In this document: positions 46,692 to 56,703 of the stretch, piece by piece | Numbering within the stretch: position 1 is the first letter of the stretch | Layout: each line of letters begins with the position of its first letter | From: a virus | Lineage: Duplodnaviria; Caudoviricetes | DNA length: 64,000 nucleotides | IMG/VR virus record: IMGVR_UViG_3300043447_000100 | Location: 119,667-183,666 of that record | Strand: one strand, 5' to 3' | The notes under the pieces: model-generated | The model's database searches: none | Told to the model about the DNA's origin: nothing | What the model saw: the letters and a program-made list of their open reading frames with translations, nothing else | Position numbers and translations under genes: made by a program

Positions 46692-47320
46692 TTACATTTG
46701 AAGATTGTTTATTAGAAATACCAGAACTAACTTATGATAGAACGAAGTTAGTAGAGGTGTTTGAACAAACAAAAGACTATGCTAGAGTAAAGTCTTTGCC
46801 ATGGGCCAATCCGGCGCTAAACGCAGTTGAAACTGCCAAAAACGTTGTGATTCAAAGTCACGACTACATGATGATGAAGGAAGATGAGCGTGGCAAAGGC
46901 ATTAACCTGCTAGACTTTCCATACATTCGAGAATTAGTTGATCGTTTAGACATTGAGATTAACGACACAAACTTAGATATCATGTGGAACAGACCAGGCT
47001 TTAAATTCTGGCCACACGTAGATAAATGGGCCGCATCAGTATTTGTTTGGCCGATCTTAGCAGACGGTGAGTTCAATCCCATTGACTTTTATAACTACGA
47101 TGGCGAGATAGTATTAGGGCGAGAGTATCGTCAATTAACAGAGAAAGATATAGCACTAACGCACAACTATAGTGACAAACATGCTACAGTATTCAACAGT
47201 CACTTAATACATGGTGTGCGCACGGTAAAGAATCATCGTGTGTTCCTTAGATTGAGAACCAACGAAGAATTCAGTTCTATTAGAACTCGTTATCTTAGTA
47301 AAAAATTGATTTTAATATAA
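46688..47320 (+). CDS. 2OG-Fe(II) oxygenase/cupin-like protein
   Basis: PHVD...IHGV...R facial triad pattern. Confidence 0.6.
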   Translation: MITFEDCLLEIPELTYDRTKLVEVFEQTKDYARVKSLPWANPALNAVETAKNVVIQSHDYMMMKEDERGKGINLLDFPYIRELVDRLDIEINDTNLDIMWNRPGFKFWPHVDKWAASVFVWPILADGEFNPIDFYNYDGEIVLGREYRQLTEKDIALTHNYSDKHATVFNSHLIHGVRTVKNHRVFLRLRTNEEFSSIRTRYLSKKLILI

Positions 47321-48280
47321 ATCAATCTCGGCAACAGCAGTTTTACCGCCAAAGCCAAGATTAGTTTTTAGCATCTTGGTGTATGTGAATGAGGTTGATT
47401 CAGTAATGATACGACTATCAGTGGCTATCTTTTCTCCAACTATCTTGTTGGGAAGTAAAATATTGTTTCGCTTACCATCTAGTGTCATAGCAAGTTCAAC
47501 AGCGCCACTAGCGCACATACAGTGTCCTAGATAACCTTTGTATCCTACAATAGGAATATTGTTCTTAATAACTCGATTGAAGTATTCATACTCGGTCCGA
47601 TCACCTACTGGAGTACCAGTAGCATGAGCGTTCCACAGTTCAATCTTATCATAATTGATGCCAGTGATGTTATTGACAATATCATCAACCGCGCCAGGAC
47701 TAGCAACTAAACTACTGTTAGTATAAAACGCATATTGTTGAACGACTGCTATAGGTGATAGAATGTGTTTTACTGTTGTTGCTTTGATTAGATATGCCGC
47801 AATACCTGTGCCCATTTTGAAACCTCGTGATGACGAGTCAAATGGCAAACCGCTATCTTGATCAAGCGCACCAAAACTATTGAAATGCCAGTGCCAGTAT
47901 GCGCTATTAACATCATCAGCGCAAACTACAATAGCAGGTCTGCCAGTAGCACTACTTAATAAGGTAGCAGTATAGAGTGCGTATAAGGAACTAGCACATG
48001 CCGCTTGAACATTTAAGATTTGACTGTTAATGCCTAGTAGAGCGCCAACGTGACTTACTAAGCCATCAACTGCGATATTGCGTAATTCACTGGGTTTGCC
48101 ACGTCGGCGGCCACCTAGATAGTCTTGCCATACACTTTCATCATCACGCTTTAGACCGTGTAGAGTTGAGATTACTAATGGGTAATCTGATTCAATATGT
48201 TGAGTGAATGAGGAATCGTTGAGTATAGATTCTAAGTCCCAAGTGGTAGTCCAACGATAGTCGAGAATTTCTGTAATCAT
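47312..48280 (-). CDS. Beta-ketoacyl-ACP synthase-like (FabB/FabF), shortened N-terminus
   Basis: AACASS, NAHATGTPVGD, KGYLGH, NLGFGG. Confidence 0.85.
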   Translation of the reverse strand: MITEILDYRWTTTWDLESILNDSSFTQHIESDYPLVISTLHGLKRDDESVWQDYLGGRRRGKPSELRNIAVDGLVSHVGALLGINSQILNVQAACASSLYALYTATLLSSATGRPAIVVCADDVNSAYWHWHFNSFGALDQDSGLPFDSSSRGFKMGTGIAAYLIKATTVKHILSPIAVVQQYAFYTNSSLVASPGAVDDIVNNITGINYDKIELWNAHATGTPVGDRTEYEYFNRVIKNNIPIVGYKGYLGHCMCASGAVELAMTLDGKRNNILLPNKIVGEKIATDSRIITESTSFTYTKMLKTNLGFGGKTAVAEIDLY

Positions 48281-48774
48281 TTGATGGGAGCAATATGAAA
48301 AATCTTATTCTTTCTTTCTATGATGGCCTTAGATGCAGAAGTATAACATGGACCACCCAATTTCTTATCGCATCCAGTTGGATTTCCATAACAGGCTCCA
48401 GTTTGACAGTTAGTATGAACTTTAATTACATTACCGTCATGATTTAATATATTAAACTCTCCTGTTATCTGATTGCCTGTGTTCCACGCAGTTCTTTGTA
48501 ATCTAATTGAATCAGTGCTGTCGCCATAAAAATTCATAAAAATATTAATAGCATCCACTGTTTTGAAGCCGTGTATTCTCATGGTATATGTCCATAAATT
48601 TTCTTCTCTTTGAGATAGAACTTTGGTTATGTGAAATTTATCATAGTATAATAAAGAGTTTTCGAACATTTTAGAAAAAATAGAATTTAAAAAATGTTCA
48701 TATTCTTTCTCCCTAATTGTTTGAAAGAAATTTGGAGAGGAATGAATGTAAATAATTTCAAATATGAAAAACAT
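48277..48774 (-). CDS. Hypothetical protein, very AT-rich, Cys-rich C-terminus
   Basis: ORF behind minus-strand GATAAATA; ATGA overlap with ketosynthase. Confidence 0.5.
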   Translation of the reverse strand: MFFIFEIIYIHSSPNFFQTIREKEYEHFLNSIFSKMFENSLLYYDKFHITKVLSQREENLWTYTMRIHGFKTVDAINIFMNFYGDSTDSIRLQRTAWNTGNQITGEFNILNHDGNVIKVHTNCQTGACYGNPTGCDKKLGGPCYTSASKAIIERKNKIFHIAPIK

Positions 48775-48789
48775 GAAAGTATTTATCAA

Positions 48790-48862
48790 TGAAGCGGCCG
48801 GGCGAGTATCGAACTCTCATTTCTGCTTGGAAGCAGTGTTTTTCCCCTTAAACTACGGCCGC
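48790..48862 (-). pseudogene. Degenerate tRNA-Gly(TCC)
   Basis: GCGGCCG/CGGCCGC acceptor, CTGC-TTCCAA-GCAG (6-nt loop), GTTCGA T-loop, ends TTCA. Confidence 0.65.
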
Positions 48863-48863
48863 A

Positions 48864-49325
48864 CTAAACTCTATTGTCGTTATTTATGTACTTGGCGCAC
48901 CAGTCATAAAAATGTATCAACTGACAGAAGAATAGGATATCGCAAGATTGTTCCCCTCGTAGTGTAAAAGGCTCAAAGTTATATTTTGGTCTATCAGCAA
49001 TATTTAGATATCTAGAATTCTTTGGAGATTCTTGTATAGTAGTAACTGTTTTGGTTACAGGATCCCTTAATTTTTCTGATAGAGTTGCTATTTCCATATC
49101 ACGATCATATATTGTAGTGAAAACTTTTTTCACCGCAATCTCTGCGCCTTCAATAAGTTTTATTTTAAATGTAACTGGCTTACCTGGAACGCAGTAAGTT
49201 TTGTATACTACTGTACAGTTTTCTGATATAGTGTATTCCTCATCTTTGTCATTTACTTTTGTAATTTTTATGACAGCCGGGCCACTAGTCTCTAGTTCAA
49301 ATTTAACTTCTGTGTATGTGCTCAT
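48864..49325 (-). CDS. Hypothetical protein
   Basis: ATGA coupling with upstream minus-strand gene. Confidence 0.55.
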   Translation of the reverse strand: MSTYTEVKFELETSGPAVIKITKVNDKDEEYTISENCTVVYKTYCVPGKPVTFKIKLIEGAEIAVKKVFTTIYDRDMEIATLSEKLRDPVTKTVTTIQESPKNSRYLNIADRPKYNFEPFTLRGEQSCDILFFCQLIHFYDWCAKYINNDNRV

Positions 49326-50110
49326 CGCTTTTGTTCCTCGAATAACGATGGTAAATCTTTTACTTTCTTGTAAAAGTATTCTGAAATGGCATGATGTGTT
49401 TTACTACCGAACGCAAACATAGGACTTGAAAAATCATAGGGTACTTTTTTATCGAAACGATTGATGTTTAAGTCATACAACTTGATATTTTTAGCATCGC
49501 AAATTGATTTTACCGCATGATAGTTTTTGAAGAAGTTATAGTTATCGCTTTTCCAGTCAATGTATGACCAGTAATCTTCCATTGGAATATTGTTGTAGTC
49601 AGATGCTTTGATGATATTTGTGAATGTCTTACTTACAAATTCTCTTCTAGCAGAGTGTGGCCACAATAAGCATATATGACTGATTTGTGTAGGAAGAACT
49701 TGAGTTACTTTTACTAAGAATCTATGAATTGTTTCTGGACTTGCGCCGATTATGCCGCAGTTCATAACAGTAGCATCAGGAATTTTATTTTGTAATTTGG
49801 TAGCCCATAGATCATCATAGTACACGTTCATGCCGAACGTATCAGTACAACCAAGACAAAGAATAATATTGTCTTTTTCTTTGAGTTCTTCGATATTGTA
49901 GTCCCAGTTACTTCTATATCCCTGTTTGTTAAATTTGAATTCCATATCACGATACACGGAGTTCATTTTTTTAACGCAGTTTGTGTACTCTTCTGGCTTG
50001 ATATCAACCGCATGAATATCTTGATACGCATGTGGGAATTCTGCTTTAAAGTAAATATCTCTAAAGCGATCTTTACCAAGATAGTACTCTATTTTTTCTG
50101 TTTCGGTCAT
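49322..50110 (-). CDS. SGNH-like hypothetical protein
   Basis: FNKQGYRS, LGCTDTFG, NCGIIGAS, LWP..RRE. Confidence 0.6.
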   Translation of the reverse strand: MTETEKIEYYLGKDRFRDIYFKAEFPHAYQDIHAVDIKPEEYTNCVKKMNSVYRDMEFKFNKQGYRSNWDYNIEELKEKDNIILCLGCTDTFGMNVYYDDLWATKLQNKIPDATVMNCGIIGASPETIHRFLVKVTQVLPTQISHICLLWPHSARREFVSKTFTNIIKASDYNNIPMEDYWSYIDWKSDNYNFFKNYHAVKSICDAKNIKLYDLNINRFDKKVPYDFSSPMFAFGSKTHHAISEYFYKKVKDLPSLFEEQKR

Positions 50111-50153
50111 AGGCTTATTTAGTAGCACAGATTCTAGTATACTAAATATCGCT

Positions 50154-50855
50154 ATGAATAAAATATCGCCAGAAAAATTCCAAGAATTAAAACAAAGCCA
50201 GTTCTATAAGAATGGACAGTTGCGATCTACTTTTTCTGGTATACAAGTAGAAACAGTAAACGCCGCATTTGACACCATGCTAGTTGAGTCAGCGCCACCA
50301 ACCGAGTTTATATGGAAGGGCAGAAATTCAAGAGCAACTGGACTGTATTCTAATGATGTTAATGGTTTAGATAAACTTGGCGAACAAAATCCAATCAATC
50401 TACAGCATTTACATAAGGTGCTTAGTATTGAAGGCGACTATATTCCACAAGAGTTTAGAATAGAAATATGTAGACAATGGAATGAAGTTAACGAGGTCGT
50501 CAATAAAATAAAATCACAATCGTCCGCTAAGGTAGTTGCTAGTGAAATATTTCTGGTTTGTCCGGATACCAATATCGGTAAACATAGACACAAGTTTGCT
50601 AAGCAGACGCTGACATTTGGTTATAGATTTAGTACGGATTCTGACGGCAGTTATCTAATGTTGTGGCCAAATAATGAGGAACAGCATTATGAGTTTCCAC
50701 TAAGTAACAAATTTTGGTTCACCTTCAAGGATCATGCGGATCATGGCGCACAAGTAAACAGTTGGATGTTTTTCTGGTTCTTTGACTTCGATCAACATAT
50801 TGATATTCCTGAAGAAATGCCATTCGTTAAAACTGATACTAAAAATTCTTGTTGA
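50154..50855 (+). CDS. Cupin-like protein (paralogue of 41037-41675)
   Basis: HRH...DH; WFFDFDQHIDIP. Confidence 0.55.
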   Translation: MNKISPEKFQELKQSQFYKNGQLRSTFSGIQVETVNAAFDTMLVESAPPTEFIWKGRNSRATGLYSNDVNGLDKLGEQNPINLQHLHKVLSIEGDYIPQEFRIEICRQWNEVNEVVNKIKSQSSAKVVASEIFLVCPDTNIGKHRHKFAKQTLTFGYRFSTDSDGSYLMLWPNNEEQHYEFPLSNKFWFTFKDHADHGAQVNSWMFFWFFDFDQHIDIPEEMPFVKTDTKNSC

Positions 50856-50883
50856 TAAATAACACATTAGCGAGGCTTCTATC

Positions 50884-51654
50884 ATGACAGAACGATTAAC
50901 AAGAAAACAACTACCACACTACGCAAAAATCAAAATGCGTGTTGACCTTGAGCGTCTGCGCAAGTATATCATTGATAACGGCTATACTGATTATTCTCGT
51001 TTTAACGATATCAATATCAGCGAAGAGAGTGATAGCAATCAAAAAGGATTCGTGTTAGCCAATCAATTCTGTCGCAACAACTACTTTAAAGAAGAAGGCA
51101 GTCCTATGTTAGTGGGCGAAGCGTTCAAGCAACTTTACTTGACTAGCATCCCACCCGAAAAGATGAACACATCACGTGAACGTCTAGAAGAAACTAGTAA
51201 CAGTATCTTTAGTCGTCAACGTAGATTGAAGCGTGACAGTGACGTTTATGTAAACGAAGCAGATGAATACAACTACACTGAGCGTAACGAACACTATAGT
51301 GGTATGCTTGCTGAAATCTTAGACGGCTTCAAGTCGCCTAAGACTCGTGTTCGTCTAGCAGTAATCGCACCAGGCTTCACAATCAAACCTCACTTTGATT
51401 ACGACCCTAGTTATGTTACTCGCTATCACATTCCTATCTTTACTAACCCTGATGTAAAATTCGGCGCAAAGACAAAGAACGGCGATGTTGAGTATCACAT
51501 GGCGGCAGACGGTAGCGTTTACTTCTTCAATGCTGGCTTAGTACACTGGGTACACAACGGCGGCACTGAACCTAGACTACACTTGCTGATAGACACTAAC
51601 GGTCAAGACGACTTAGAAATATTAGAGGACGAAACAGAGGTAATTTATCAATGA
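50884..51654 (+). CDS. Aspartyl/asparaginyl beta-hydroxylase-like 2OG-Fe(II) oxygenase
   Basis: RVRLA..PG..IKPHFD, RYHIPI.TN, HWVHNGG..RLHL. Confidence 0.8.
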   Translation: MTERLTRKQLPHYAKIKMRVDLERLRKYIIDNGYTDYSRFNDINISEESDSNQKGFVLANQFCRNNYFKEEGSPMLVGEAFKQLYLTSIPPEKMNTSRERLEETSNSIFSRQRRLKRDSDVYVNEADEYNYTERNEHYSGMLAEILDGFKSPKTRVRLAVIAPGFTIKPHFDYDPSYVTRYHIPIFTNPDVKFGAKTKNGDVEYHMAADGSVYFFNAGLVHWVHNGGTEPRLHLLIDTNGQDDLEILEDETEVIYQ

Positions 51655-52307
51655 CAAACATTTTCAAGCACGACAACTTACGGATGATTATCTTACATCA
51701 TCTATTACTAGTTTATGGAATTTATACTTACGGTTTCAACATCTGGGTAGCATTAGGCTGTTTCATCTATACGATCATTTATAACGTCTATATCAATGGC
51801 AAACTGATTCATTTACGTATGGCTCATGGTAGATACCGAGATAATTTCTGGAACATTTTTGCTACAATCTATTCATTGTTTGCTGGTGGTACAGGTAGTC
51901 CTCTTAGCTTCTCATACATTCATCGTCAGCATCATAAGTTTGTTGACACTGAGCGTGACCCACATAGTCCAAAATACGTAGGTAAGTTGAAAGTGTGGTT
52001 CTTGATGTGGCGCTTAGGCCCAATGGAGCCAAGCTACATTAGAGATTTTATGAAGAGCAAGTTTCAGGTATGGATTCATCGCAACTGGACTAGATTACAA
52101 GTAGCAATTTTGATCGGTTTATGGCTGATCAATCCTCTTATTGTATTGATTGTTATTACGCCAACAATCGTGATGACTCTACATTATAGCGGATTTATAA
52201 ATGTGCGAGGACACTGGTACGGAGAGGTTAGAAATATTCCAGAAATCAGATTCACACAACCAGCAAGTTGGCGACACAAAGAGCATCACGATTATAAATT
52301 TGAGTAA
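51651..52307 (+). CDS. Second fatty-acid desaturase-like protein
   Basis: HLRMAH, HRQHH, DTERDPHSP, HKEHH. Confidence 0.8.
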   Translation: MTNIFKHDNLRMIILHHLLLVYGIYTYGFNIWVALGCFIYTIIYNVYINGKLIHLRMAHGRYRDNFWNIFATIYSLFAGGTGSPLSFSYIHRQHHKFVDTERDPHSPKYVGKLKVWFLMWRLGPMEPSYIRDFMKSKFQVWIHRNWTRLQVAILIGLWLINPLIVLIVITPTIVMTLHYSGFINVRGHWYGEVRNIPEIRFTQPASWRHKEHHDYKFE

Positions 52308-52350
52308 TACTTTTTACTTACTTGACAACAACTTCCCACTGTGATATACT
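52304..52350 (+). promoter_or_regulatory. Early promoter with GTAATACT box
   Basis: GTAATACTTTTTACTTAC abutting TTGACA-17-TATACT. Confidence 0.7.
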
Positions 52351-52382
52351 ATCATTAGTGGGAATTTTATTTGGAGAACAAA

Positions 52383-52892
52383 ATGTTGAACCCCTGGATT
52401 CAAAACACATCGTTAATTGATATCAAGCGTGGTACACACATGGACGCTGGTCCTAACTCCATGCTGATTCAAATTTGCGATCCGCCTGGAGACTTCCCTA
52501 CCCCTCACTATCAGTTTGCGTCAGTTCATCAGTTTCAGTTCCTCGATGTTGAGGAAACTGATCATGTGATTGACGAGGCAATGCGTTGCTCTCATGATCA
52601 GGCACGTAGTTTAGTGCTTTTGCTCAAGCAAGCGTTTGCTAACAGAACTAACGTAATTGTTCACTGTCACGCTGGTGTTTGTCGTAGTGGCGCTGTTTGT
52701 GAAGTTGGCGTTATGCTGGGCTTCCGTGATACAGAAGTGTTCCGTAGTCCTAACTTGTTAGTCAAGCATCGTATGATGCGGGCACTCGGTTGGACTTATG
52801 ACGAGAATGAGCCACATACTATCAACGGGCAACAATACGAATATAGCAACGGCGGAATAATTCTGCCACCTACACACGAAGGTGATATTTAA
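52383..52892 (+). CDS. Cys-dependent (PTP/DSP-fold) phosphatase
   Basis: VHCHAGVCRS CX5R motif. Confidence 0.85.
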   Translation: MLNPWIQNTSLIDIKRGTHMDAGPNSMLIQICDPPGDFPTPHYQFASVHQFQFLDVEETDHVIDEAMRCSHDQARSLVLLLKQAFANRTNVIVHCHAGVCRSGAVCEVGVMLGFRDTEVFRSPNLLVKHRMMRALGWTYDENEPHTINGQQYEYSNGGIILPPTHEGDI

Positions 52893-53371
52893 TGAAGAAC
52901 AAGTGTTATGTATTAGTAGGCGTTCCTGGTAGCGGCAAGAGTACTTGGATCAAGAATCAAGATTGGGCTAAGGATATCCCTGTTGTATCTACTGACAACT
53001 TTGTAGAAGCACACGCCAAGGAAGTAGGCAAGACTTACTCGGAAGTGTTTGATAGTTATATGAAGGTAGCAGTCAGATTGATGGCTAACCAAGCCTTGGT
53101 ATGTCAAGCTAACAAGCTGGACATTATCTGGGACCAAACTTCAACTACAATCGGCGCCCGTCGTAAGAAGTTCAACACCCTGTTGAACGATCAATATGAC
53201 TTTATCGCTGTGGTGTTCAAGACGCCTGCTACCGAAGAATTGAAGCGCCGTTTAGATTCACGCCCTGGTAAGACAATTCCATGGCACGTTGTATCACAAA
53301 TGGCGGCTCAGTTAGAAGCAGAGCCACCAACAGAAGCGGAAGGCTTCAAGGAAATTTGGTATGCGGCCTGA
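52892..53371 (+). CDS. Polynucleotide kinase-like P-loop kinase
   Basis: GVPGSGKSTW, VSTD, IWDQT, R...R lid. Confidence 0.8.
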   Translation: MKNKCYVLVGVPGSGKSTWIKNQDWAKDIPVVSTDNFVEAHAKEVGKTYSEVFDSYMKVAVRLMANQALVCQANKLDIIWDQTSTTIGARRKKFNTLLNDQYDFIAVVFKTPATEELKRRLDSRPGKTIPWHVVSQMAAQLEAEPPTEAEGFKEIWYAA

Positions 53372-54023
53372 GGGTCTCGGATACTAAGTTAAGATGCTCT
53401 AGGGATAATGTCTCAGTAAACCCGTCTGGGCAAATATCCTTAGAGACAAAGCTACCTCCGAAGTTAGTCTTAATAGACTTCTCCCATTCGTATGCTTCCC
53501 TACCAGTAGAAAATAATTTAGTTGCGATGACCTCATAATCGCCATTCTTACGATGACCATAAAGTCTCCCTTGTAGATTACTTGATATTCCGTATTTGAT
53601 AAAACTATCGAATTTAAGTAGATAGCCGTGTGAGGGTAGATTCCATTTAAAGATATGTTCTACACAAGCCGGGCAGCCACCGCCGCGTAGAATTCTATTA
53701 GAGTTTGATAGCCATTCATAACCGCAGATATGCTTGAATAAAGTATTACTCTTAGCGTTTGTATAATCGCCTATGAGTTCAATTCCTCTATCTGCTATCT
53801 CTAAGTTAATTGATTCCTTGGTACGACGGGTACTATCTATAACGCAAGTTGGACAACCAACGCCGTTAAAAATTCTATTTGGTGTAGAAGTAAAATTATG
53901 GTTGTTCGAGCATTTAAATGAAGTCTTCGTCAATGATCCTAAGTATTCTCCAGTAATTGAGATACCATTGTCCAATGATTTAAGTTTATTAACGACAGAT
54001 GAATGAGTTAGCTTGGCGCCCAT
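53346..54023 (-). CDS. Homing-endonuclease-like protein (zinc ribbons plus GIY-YIG-like domain)
   Basis: Two C..H..GCP.C repeats; YLL..IKYGIS..R..E. Confidence 0.7.
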   Translation of the reverse strand: MGAKLTHSSVVNKLKSLDNGISITGEYLGSLTKTSFKCSNNHNFTSTPNRIFNGVGCPTCVIDSTRRTKESINLEIADRGIELIGDYTNAKSNTLFKHICGYEWLSNSNRILRGGGCPACVEHIFKWNLPSHGYLLKFDSFIKYGISSNLQGRLYGHRKNGDYEVIATKLFSTGREAYEWEKSIKTNFGGSFVSKDICPDGFTETLSLEHLNLVSETLRPHTKFP

Positions 54024-54105
54024 AGATATATTATATCATATTTATGATGTTTTGGCAATTAAAATGGTAATAATTAAAAACACTAAATAGATTTAGGAGA
54101 ACAAT

Positions 54106-54777
54106 ATGAAACGAGTAATTGAGATTAGAGCCGCAGAAGGCGGAGAGGATAGTAAGTTGTTTGTGCGTGACTTAGCAAACGCATATAAGAAGTTTGCTGA
54201 GCGTAAAAGCTGAGCAGTTCGCCTGATAAATGAGTATCTTGGCGAAGTTCACTTAGAAGTTCAAGGTACTGATTTATCCGGCTTAGAAAATGAAGCCGGT
54301 GGACACCGTATTCAACGTGTCCCGCCCACAGAGCGTAAGGGCCGTGTACATACAAGCACAGTCACAGTCGCAATCGTGGACCCTAGTGTGCCTCAGTTCA
54401 CACTCAACGAACGAGATTTGAAGATTGAGTGGTACAGCGGCACAGGTGCCGGCGGTCAACACCGCAACAAGCATCAAAACAGTTGTAGACTGACACACGT
54501 GCCGTCAGGTACGATAGTCACCGCACAGTGTCGTAGTCGTGAAAACAGTTATGCTCAAGCCCTGACTGATTTATCCAAAAAGGTTGTAGAGAACCTACAA
54601 TCAGTGTATAATAGCAAGGTAAGCAAAGATAGACAAAAGCAAGTCGGCTCTGGTATGAGAGGCGACAAAATAAGGACTTATCGTTTTCAAGACGATAAGG
54701 TTCAAGATCACAGGTCAATGAACGAAGCCAGCGTGAAAAAAGTATTAAGCGGCAACTTCGACTTATTATGGAAATAA
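54106..54777 (+). CDS. Class I peptide release factor-like protein (RF1-type PxT, no domain 1) with in-frame UGA at codon 36
   Basis: IEIRAAEGG..AERKS*AV..EAGGHRIQRVPPTE..GRVHTS..GAGGQHRNK..IRTY in one frame from ATG 54106 (AGGAG RBS); TGA at 54211-54213. Confidence 0.85.
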
Positions 54778-54778
54778 A

Positions 54779-54994
54779 ATGTATAAAGTAAAATGGAAAG
54801 ACAAATACGGTATCGATAGAGTTCATAATTGTATGTCACTCGCTGATGCCCTAGAATATAACAAGACAGTAAACAGACCAGGCACCTTAATCATAGGTGA
54901 AGGTATCGAGATAGTTGGCTCCATGGGAGTTGACTCAATCAAAGACGGACTATGCCCAGACGGTGTAGAATATAGTTGGAGAAAAAGACGATGA
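54779..54994 (+). CDS. Hypothetical protein
   Basis: Coupled ORF ending CPDGVEYSWRKRR. Confidence 0.6.
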   Translation: MYKVKWKDKYGIDRVHNCMSLADALEYNKTVNRPGTLIIGEGIEIVGSMGVDSIKDGLCPDGVEYSWRKRR

Positions 54995-55536
54995 GAACAT
55001 GGATCACCTCTGACCTACACTTCGGTCACACAAACATTATGAAGTTTTGCCCTCATACTCGTTCACGTTTCAAAGACGTTGACGACATGAATGAAACAAT
55101 GATTCGTGAATGGAATCAAATCGTCGAACCAGGCGATCTAGTTTACATTCTAGGCGACTTTGCGTTTCTACCTAGTGACAAGGCAGTAAAGATTGCTAAC
55201 AGATTGAACGGCGACAAGATTCTTGTTGAGGGTAATCACGACCGTAAGTTGTTGAATGATCCTGTGTTTCGCCGTTGCTTCAAAGAAGTACACCAGTATT
55301 TGAGCATCACATACAACAAGCACCGTATCTGTATGTTTCACTATCCTATCGCGGAGTGGGACCAAATGCACAGAGGCGCTCTACACTTTCACGGACACTT
55401 ACACGGCGGCAAGAGCGGCCTAGAACAGTACCGCGCACGTGATATGGCATTCGATGCTACTGGCTTCATTGTGGTAGAAATGGAACGTGCTATCAACGAT
55501 GCCATGACAGGCAAGATCAAAGGCCACCACGTTTGA
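54991..55536 (+). CDS. Calcineurin-like metallophosphoesterase
   Basis: SDLHFGH, LGD, GNHD, HYP, HGHLH. Confidence 0.9.
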   Translation: MRTWITSDLHFGHTNIMKFCPHTRSRFKDVDDMNETMIREWNQIVEPGDLVYILGDFAFLPSDKAVKIANRLNGDKILVEGNHDRKLLNDPVFRRCFKEVHQYLSITYNKHRICMFHYPIAEWDQMHRGALHFHGHLHGGKSGLEQYRARDMAFDATGFIVVEMERAINDAMTGKIKGHHV

Positions 55537-55551
55537 GATAAATACTCTATT

Positions 55552-56703
55552 ATGAAGATTTCTGACTTACTCAACGAAGACAAAAAAGGCCCTAAGATCA
55601 TCAAGCCCAAGAAATCCAGCGGCGGCGTTCGCTACAATAGCGAAGTCGGCCTTATGGCCGGCTTTATGCGACTACCGCTAGAAGAATTTGATCCTATGAA
55701 TCCTGAGCGCACAATGCCTGAACGATTGTTAGGCGATGCTCAAAGTGTTTACAAGGACATCAAAAATCTATTAGCGCCTGTCTATGATGAGGCAATGTTT
55801 GCTAAGTGGTACAACCTAGGCGAAGTCTATGGTTACGCTATGAATGAGAAGCTAACAAATACAAGTCGTCGTGTTACAGCATTCGGCTGGGCCGGAGGAG
55901 CAAATCAAAGCGAAAGCGGCCCTAGTGATGTTGAGTTTATCGGCAGTGACGTGGCAGGCGTATCAGTCAAAGCAGAAGGCGGCATTACGCTGGCCAACCT
56001 AACTCCTAAGACCTTAGGCCTAGAACCGCCTCCTAAAGAGGACGTATTTGCCGCGTATGCTCAGACAGAGTATCTTCAAATGAAGCGCAACGTATTCACA
56101 GAAGTAATGAATATCGCTAAGAGACAACCTGGCGTTCCTGTTGCCGCACTTAGTGATGCGTATTCAGTAACGTTCAACCCTGATACAAATACATTCATTT
56201 GTAAAGGCAAGAAAACAGTTGATTACACTGCTGATCAAATCATGAAAGAGTTGAATCGTAATGCTACATGGCAACGCGGCTTCGGCGACTGGTTCCAAGC
56301 AAACTTCGCTGACTACAAGCACTTTGCTGACCCTCTATTCAAGAAGGTAGCAGTAGCGTTTGAAAAGATCATCGAAGATAACCTCAAAGACAGTAAGAAG
56401 TTAGCCGGCATCTTACAGTTCGCAAAGATACCTTACTTCTATGCGACACCTAAGAGCCTGTACTATGTACCTAGTATTGATGAAGTTGAAGATTTAGAAA
56501 TCAAGGGCATCAAATATGCTGACCCTGACGGCACTTCGCAGTTGTTCAAGGCAATCATCGGCCGCAAAGACAGCATTGAAGGCGCTAATGCCGAGCTTGA
56601 TATCTATGTTAGATATGCTAACGGTATGTTTGAGACAAACCCGACAGTCAGAGTTCAGAGCCTCAAGAACCCACAGTTCATCGCCTGGGAAAAGTTAGTG
56701 TAA
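55552..56703 (+). CDS. Hypothetical late protein, possible PD-(D/E)XK-like fold
   Basis: GATAAATA upstream; SDVEF...GVSVK. Confidence 0.5.
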   Translation: MKISDLLNEDKKGPKIIKPKKSSGGVRYNSEVGLMAGFMRLPLEEFDPMNPERTMPERLLGDAQSVYKDIKNLLAPVYDEAMFAKWYNLGEVYGYAMNEKLTNTSRRVTAFGWAGGANQSESGPSDVEFIGSDVAGVSVKAEGGITLANLTPKTLGLEPPPKEDVFAAYAQTEYLQMKRNVFTEVMNIAKRQPGVPVAALSDAYSVTFNPDTNTFICKGKKTVDYTADQIMKELNRNATWQRGFGDWFQANFADYKHFADPLFKKVAVAFEKIIEDNLKDSKKLAGILQFAKIPYFYATPKSLYYVPSIDEVEDLEIKGIKYADPDGTSQLFKAIIGRKDSIEGANAELDIYVRYANGMFETNPTVRVQSLKNPQFIAWEKLV

